DNA of 64,000 nucleotides. Origin: Candidatus Nomurabacteria bacterium. GTDB lineage: Bacteria > Patescibacteriota > Minisyncoccia > Phycocordibacterales > UBA9973. The notes beneath the pieces are model-generated. The model had not been told where the DNA came from. It saw nothing but the letters and a program-made list of their open reading frames with translations, and ran no database searches. The stretch is taken from the NCBI GenBank assembly GCA_020631955.1, contig JACKGL010000002.1, positions 141,860-205,859 on the forward strand, given 5' to 3'. Shown piece by piece: positions 60,011 to 64,000 of this stretch (position 1 is the stretch's first letter; each line of letters starts with the position of its first letter). A program made the position numbers and the translations under genes.

Positions 60011-61672
60011 TTACAAAAACAATCTAACTATACGCAAGTCTTCATAAGAGTATTTGTTTTTGAGCACTTCCATTACTGGTTTTAATGGTCGATGTCCATC
60101 GACTATACCTACTCTTTGGAAAGCGGACCAGATATTTTTCCAAGTGGTAGCCGGGAGCATTTTTCTTAGATGATATATGTTTATACTAGGATCATTTTCT
60201 TTCCAATATTCTGTATGTTCTAGTATGGTGCCCAAAGTAAGATTTCTTTCTTTGGCTATCTCTTTTAGGTCTTTACCTTCTAACAACATTTCTAGAGTTA
60301 GTTCCTTTGTATCTTTTTTCTTCTCTTTATATTTTGAACTAGCTCTACTCACGAAATCTTCCTGTGCTTCTTGCAGGTCACTATCGTTCATACTTTCTAT
60401 CATGCCAGATAGTAGGGAAGACTCTTCTTGCCATTTAGCATCATAAGAAAAAGCTTCTTCATGCAGTGCAAACGCTTTGTCATTTATACCCAAAAGGTGA
60501 AGTCCTGAAAGACTTCGGAGTCGAGAAAGAGCTACATAACCCATGCCTTTTTCGAAAGAGTCTCTGAGGTCTATGAGAGCAGAGTCTAGAGACATACCTT
60601 GGCTTTTATGTATGGTGATAGCCCAAGCTAGACGAAGAGGGTACTGTGAGACTTTGGCTTTTATTTTTCCATCATCTTCTATAGTCCAGTCCATCCTTTC
60701 TACTTCTATCATATCGCCATCTTTCGTCTCTACATAAATATTTTGCTTGTCGCATTTTCTCACTATACCTTGAGTGCCGTTTACAAAACCAAGATCATAA
60801 TTGTTCTTCACGAACATTACTTTGGCACCTTCTTTGAGTCGTAGCACGGAAGGTGCTAAACAACTTTTTTCAAGCATACCTACTAGAGCATCTGGCCCCG
60901 TGCTTTCCATATAGTAGACTAGTTCTTCTCCTTTTATTTTATTTAGTTCTTCGTTGTTTATCTTATCTACATTTATATTCCTCGCAAAAAGCTGGGTATG
61001 TATAGTGTCGGTATTTATCTCTTTTACTATTTTTTTCTCTAGTTTTGTCTTGGTTTTTTCATCTACTTCCTGGCTTCGTATAGAGTTGAGTATATCTACA
61101 AACTCTTTATCTTCTTGTCTATATTGTTCAGACAGATAACATATTGCTAGATCTAAAGACCGCCAAGCTCTGGAATGATATACAAACTCTGACATTTTTT
61201 CTTCTTGCCATATTTCTGGGTCGGTTTCTCTTCTTCCGATAGGAGGGAGCTGGAAAAAATCTCCCACAAGTACTACTTGCATACCACCAAAAGGCCTATC
61301 GTCTCCTTTTATTTCTCTTACCACAGCATCTACCATATCCAAACGATAGTCGTGAAGCATAGATACTTCATCTATGATGAGCACCTCAGTCTTTTTTATT
61401 CTGTTTTTTAGATAAGATTTTTCTGCGATGTGAGATATTTCACTTTGGGTAAGATGGTCTTTTATACCTATACCACTCCAAGCGTGGATGGTGATACCAT
61501 TCATATGAGTAGCTGCTATACCTGTAGAAGCCGTGACTCCTACTTTGATATTTTGTTCATCCAACCAAGATATATATTTCCTAACTAAGTGAGTTTTACC
61601 ACTACCAGCAGAACCAGTAATAAATACATTTCTTCCTGTTTTGAGTATTTTAAGAGCTGTTTCTTGAGTCAT
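60011..61672 (-). CDS. PIF1/RecD-like SF1B DNA helicase with C-terminal helix-turn-helix-like extension
   Basis: Walker A GSAGSGKTH, IIDEVSM, GDFFQLPPI, and TIHKSQG. Confidence 0.75.
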   Translation of the reverse strand: MTQETALKILKTGRNVFITGSAGSGKTHLVRKYISWLDEQNIKVGVTASTGIAATHMNGITIHAWSGIGIKDHLTQSEISHIAEKSYLKNRIKKTEVLIIDEVSMLHDYRLDMVDAVVREIKGDDRPFGGMQVVLVGDFFQLPPIGRRETDPEIWQEEKMSEFVYHSRAWRSLDLAICYLSEQYRQEDKEFVDILNSIRSQEVDEKTKTKLEKKIVKEINTDTIHTQLFARNINVDKINNEELNKIKGEELVYYMESTGPDALVGMLEKSCLAPSVLRLKEGAKVMFVKNNYDLGFVNGTQGIVRKCDKQNIYVETKDGDMIEVERMDWTIEDDGKIKAKVSQYPLRLAWAITIHKSQGMSLDSALIDLRDSFEKGMGYVALSRLRSLSGLHLLGINDKAFALHEEAFSYDAKWQEESSLLSGMIESMNDSDLQEAQEDFVSRASSKYKEKKKDTKELTLEMLLEGKDLKEIAKERNLTLGTILEHTEYWKENDPSINIYHLRKMLPATTWKNIWSAFQRVGIVDGHRPLKPVMEVLKNKYSYEDLRIVRLFL

Positions 61673-61746
61673 GTGGATATACTAGCAAAAAAGGGTAAAT
61701 ACCCCAAGGAGTTGGGTAGAAAAATTTTTTAGTGTAAAATAGCTAC

Positions 61747-62439
61747 ATGAACAAAAAAGGAAAGCTCATAGTTGTCGATGGTACCGATGGTAGTGGTAAA
61801 GCTACTCAAATAGAGTACTTACGCAAACGTCTTTCTAAAGAGGGGTATACAGTAAAAATGGTGGACTTTCCAGAGTATTATAAGAATTTTTTTGGTAGTT
61901 TTATTGCAAACTGTTTACGAGAACAATACTACAACTGGACAAATGTGCACCCTAAAATAGCTTCTATAGCTTATGCTGCAGACAGATGGGAGTCAAAAGA
62001 AAAGATAGAAGGCTGGCTTGAAAAAGGATATATAGTTTTGGCCAATAGATATGTAAGTGCTAACCAAATACACCAAGGAGGCAAAATAAGAGATAACAAA
62101 AAAAGAAAAGAATTTCTAGAATGGCTCGACACTATGGAACACAAAGTTTTCAAAATACCTCGTCCTGACATAGTGGTATTTTTATCTGTGCCTATAACTG
62201 TGACACAAAAACTCATGAAAGAAAGAAATAAAGGTCATGAAAGACAATATTTGAAAAATAAAACAGATGTACACGAGAATGACCTACGATTTCTGGAGAA
62301 CTCTCGCAAGAGTGCTATGAAGCTAGTAGCTGAACTCAACAATTTTGTGAAAGTAGATTGTGCAAAAAGAGGACAGATGCGTCCACGCGAAGACATACAC
62401 GAAGAGGTATATGAGATAGTAAAAAAAGAGGTTTTGTAA
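61747..62439 (+). CDS. tmk: Thymidylate kinase-like (dTMP kinase family)
   Basis: GKLIVVDGTDGSGKATQ P-loop and DRW/ANRY motifs. Confidence 0.75.
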   Translation: MNKKGKLIVVDGTDGSGKATQIEYLRKRLSKEGYTVKMVDFPEYYKNFFGSFIANCLREQYYNWTNVHPKIASIAYAADRWESKEKIEGWLEKGYIVLANRYVSANQIHQGGKIRDNKKRKEFLEWLDTMEHKVFKIPRPDIVVFLSVPITVTQKLMKERNKGHERQYLKNKTDVHENDLRFLENSRKSAMKLVAELNNFVKVDCAKRGQMRPREDIHEEVYEIVKKEVL

Positions 62440-62440
62440 T

Positions 62441-62998
62441 ATGAGCAATTTTATCATCATATATGGTCCTGTGGCGGTAGGTAAATTAACTACAGCCAAA
62501 CTTCTATCAGAGAAACTTGGTTATAAGATGAGCCATAATCATGCAATAAATGATGTTGTCTCTGATTTATTTGATATAAAGTCAAAAGAGTATGATGAGG
62601 TTGTCCATAACATGAGAGTATTCTTTTTTCAGCAAGTTCTTAATCACGATATAAATCTTATCACCACACACTGTTATGCTCACAACTTCGTAAACAAAGT
62701 GACAGGTATGACTGATCCAGAATATATAAAAGAGCTGGTAAACATCGGAAAAAGTAATGGTAAAAATGTCTGTGTTGTGCACTTGAAGGCTAGTAATGCA
62801 GAGCTTATGAAAAGAGTCGTAGAAGAGTCTAGGAAAGCTCATAAGAAGCTCACCGACGAGCAAATAATGAAAGAAATAAGTGAGCAAAATGATTGGGAAA
62901 ACTCTGCACCTATAGAGGGACAAATGATTTTGGACAACACAAATCTGTCAGTGGAAGAGTCTGTAAATGAGATTATTAAATATTTTGATTTGAAATGA
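62441..62998 (+). CDS. P-loop kinase-like protein (AAA_33-like)
   Basis: IIIYGPVAVGKLTTA P-loop. Specificity unknown. Confidence 0.5.
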   Translation: MSNFIIIYGPVAVGKLTTAKLLSEKLGYKMSHNHAINDVVSDLFDIKSKEYDEVVHNMRVFFFQQVLNHDINLITTHCYAHNFVNKVTGMTDPEYIKELVNIGKSNGKNVCVVHLKASNAELMKRVVEESRKAHKKLTDEQIMKEISEQNDWENSAPIEGQMILDNTNLSVEESVNEIIKYFDLK

Positions 62999-63501
62999 GT
63001 AAAGTAATAGTCGTGGATAAAAATGACAACTTTATAAAACATAAAGAAAGAAACGACAGAAGTCCAGAAGATATTATACGTATCACTGGACTTTGGGTTT
63101 TAGATGAAATGGGGAATATTTTACTAGCTCAAAGAGCTTTAAATAAAAAAGACAGCGCTGGGCTTTGGGGTCCGGCTGTGGCAGGTACTGTAGAAGAAGG
63201 AGAGACATATGAGTCTAATATTTACAAGGAAGCAGAAGAGGAAATAGGTCTTAAAGGTTACAATTTTACACCAGTAGAAAAGGTAGTTTATATATCAAAA
63301 AACGGAGGCAGGTGTTGTCAGGTTTATACTGTAAAAATACCTCATGATTATAATTTTAAAATTCAAGAAGATGAAGTAGAAAAAGTAGAGTGGTTTGATC
63401 CAGAAAGTTTAAAAAGTAAAGTTAGAGAAAAACCAGAAGAATTTGTCGGGTCTATGGTTAGATTTGTAGAAAATATTGAGAAATATGCAACTCAAAGTTA
63501 A
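62995..63501 (+). CDS. NUDIX hydrolase
   Basis: Nudix box GTVEEGETYESNIYKEAEEEIGL. Confidence 0.8.
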   Translation: MSKVIVVDKNDNFIKHKERNDRSPEDIIRITGLWVLDEMGNILLAQRALNKKDSAGLWGPAVAGTVEEGETYESNIYKEAEEEIGLKGYNFTPVEKVVYISKNGGRCCQVYTVKIPHDYNFKIQEDEVEKVEWFDPESLKSKVREKPEEFVGSMVRFVENIEKYATQS

Positions 63502-63910
63502 AAAGTTATATGAAGATTCAAAGCTTCCTGTAAAAGGCCATCCTGGTGATGCTGGTATGGACTTCTTTACTAGAGAAAAAGTAGTATTAGCCCCCGGTGA
63601 ACAAAAAAGGATACTTACTGGCGTAGCGGTAGAGATACCGGAAGGTTATGTTGGTCTTATCTGGGACAAGTCCAGTATTTCTTTTAACCAAGGACTGACC
63701 AACTTAGGTGGAGTTATAGACTCCTCTTACAGAGGTGAGATTATGGTCTCTTTGTTAAATACTTCAAACAAGGAACAAGTGATAGAAAAAGATCACAAAG
63801 TCGCTCAGATGGTGGTACAGAAGTTTTTGGATTGTGAAATAGTAGAAGTAGATTCTCTTTCCGAAACTATTCGTGGCGAAGGTAGGGAAGGTAGTACGGG
63901 TAAGAAATAA
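63485..63910 (+). CDS. dut: dUTP diphosphatase
   Basis: GDAGMD, GVIDSSYRGEI, and C-terminal RGEGREGSTG motifs. Start at MQLKVKKL. Confidence 0.85.
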   Translation: MQLKVKKLYEDSKLPVKGHPGDAGMDFFTREKVVLAPGEQKRILTGVAVEIPEGYVGLIWDKSSISFNQGLTNLGGVIDSSYRGEIMVSLLNTSNKEQVIEKDHKVAQMVVQKFLDCEIVEVDSLSETIRGEGREGSTGKK

Positions 63911-64000
63911 AAAAGGCGCTATAAAAGCGCCCTGTGTATTTCATTTGTTGTTCACACACACGATCATATTTCCAGGATTGAGGAGTCTGTTCTCATGGAA

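Noticed and set aside
54849-63910. Prophage or phage-derived island explanation for the thymidylate/dNTP cluster.
   Set aside because: The composition matches the host and there are no integrase, att repeats or structural genes. The cluster is flanked and interspersed by core genes.
1-64000. CRISPR arrays, rRNA genes, transposases/IS elements, reverse transcriptases.
   Set aside because: I saw no regularly spaced direct repeats, no rRNA-like conserved blocks, and no DDE, HUH or RT motifs in any frame of the track. The only recombinase seen is the serine recombinase at 34546.

Overview
This is an AT-rich bacterial chromosome segment, about 28-35% G+C in hand-counted 60-nt samples. Its gene content fits a small-genome Patescibacteria/CPR-type organism; that placement is inference. 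The backbone is housekeeping: ruvC-yebC-ruvB, ruvA, ruvX, polA, mutM, rpsT, rplS, secE-nusG-rplK, purA, and a thymidylate/nucleotide block (dCMP deaminase, MazG, folA, thyA, glyA, tmk, Nudix, dut). There are also type IV pilus genes (pilB; pilM-N-O-like), a sortase with a likely substrate, large secreted repeat proteins, a metal-homeostasis module (YibE/F-like, ZIP, Fur family) and seven tRNA genes that I folded by hand.

The most unusual content is foreign DNA next to tRNA genes:
- A 4.05-kb, G+C-richer element at tRNA-Leu encodes a large serine recombinase. It is built from two adjacent modules bounded by perfect 232-bp and 147-bp inverted repeats. The internal junction between the repeats equals the predicted circular attP junction in inverted orientation.
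- A 0.6-kb single-gene island at tRNA-Arg(GCG) is bounded by a 38-bp perfect direct repeat.
- Two tandem single-gene cassettes at tRNA-Ser share conserved left ends and 95-nt right ends.
- A small repeat-flanked insert follows tRNA-Lys.

Several isolated G+C-rich genes for secreted proteins, two candidate small RNAs, a structured recombinase leader and a Fur/Zur-type operator are also reported. I found no CRISPR array, rRNA or transposase. All calls rest on reading the sequence and ORF track by eye; no database search was run.
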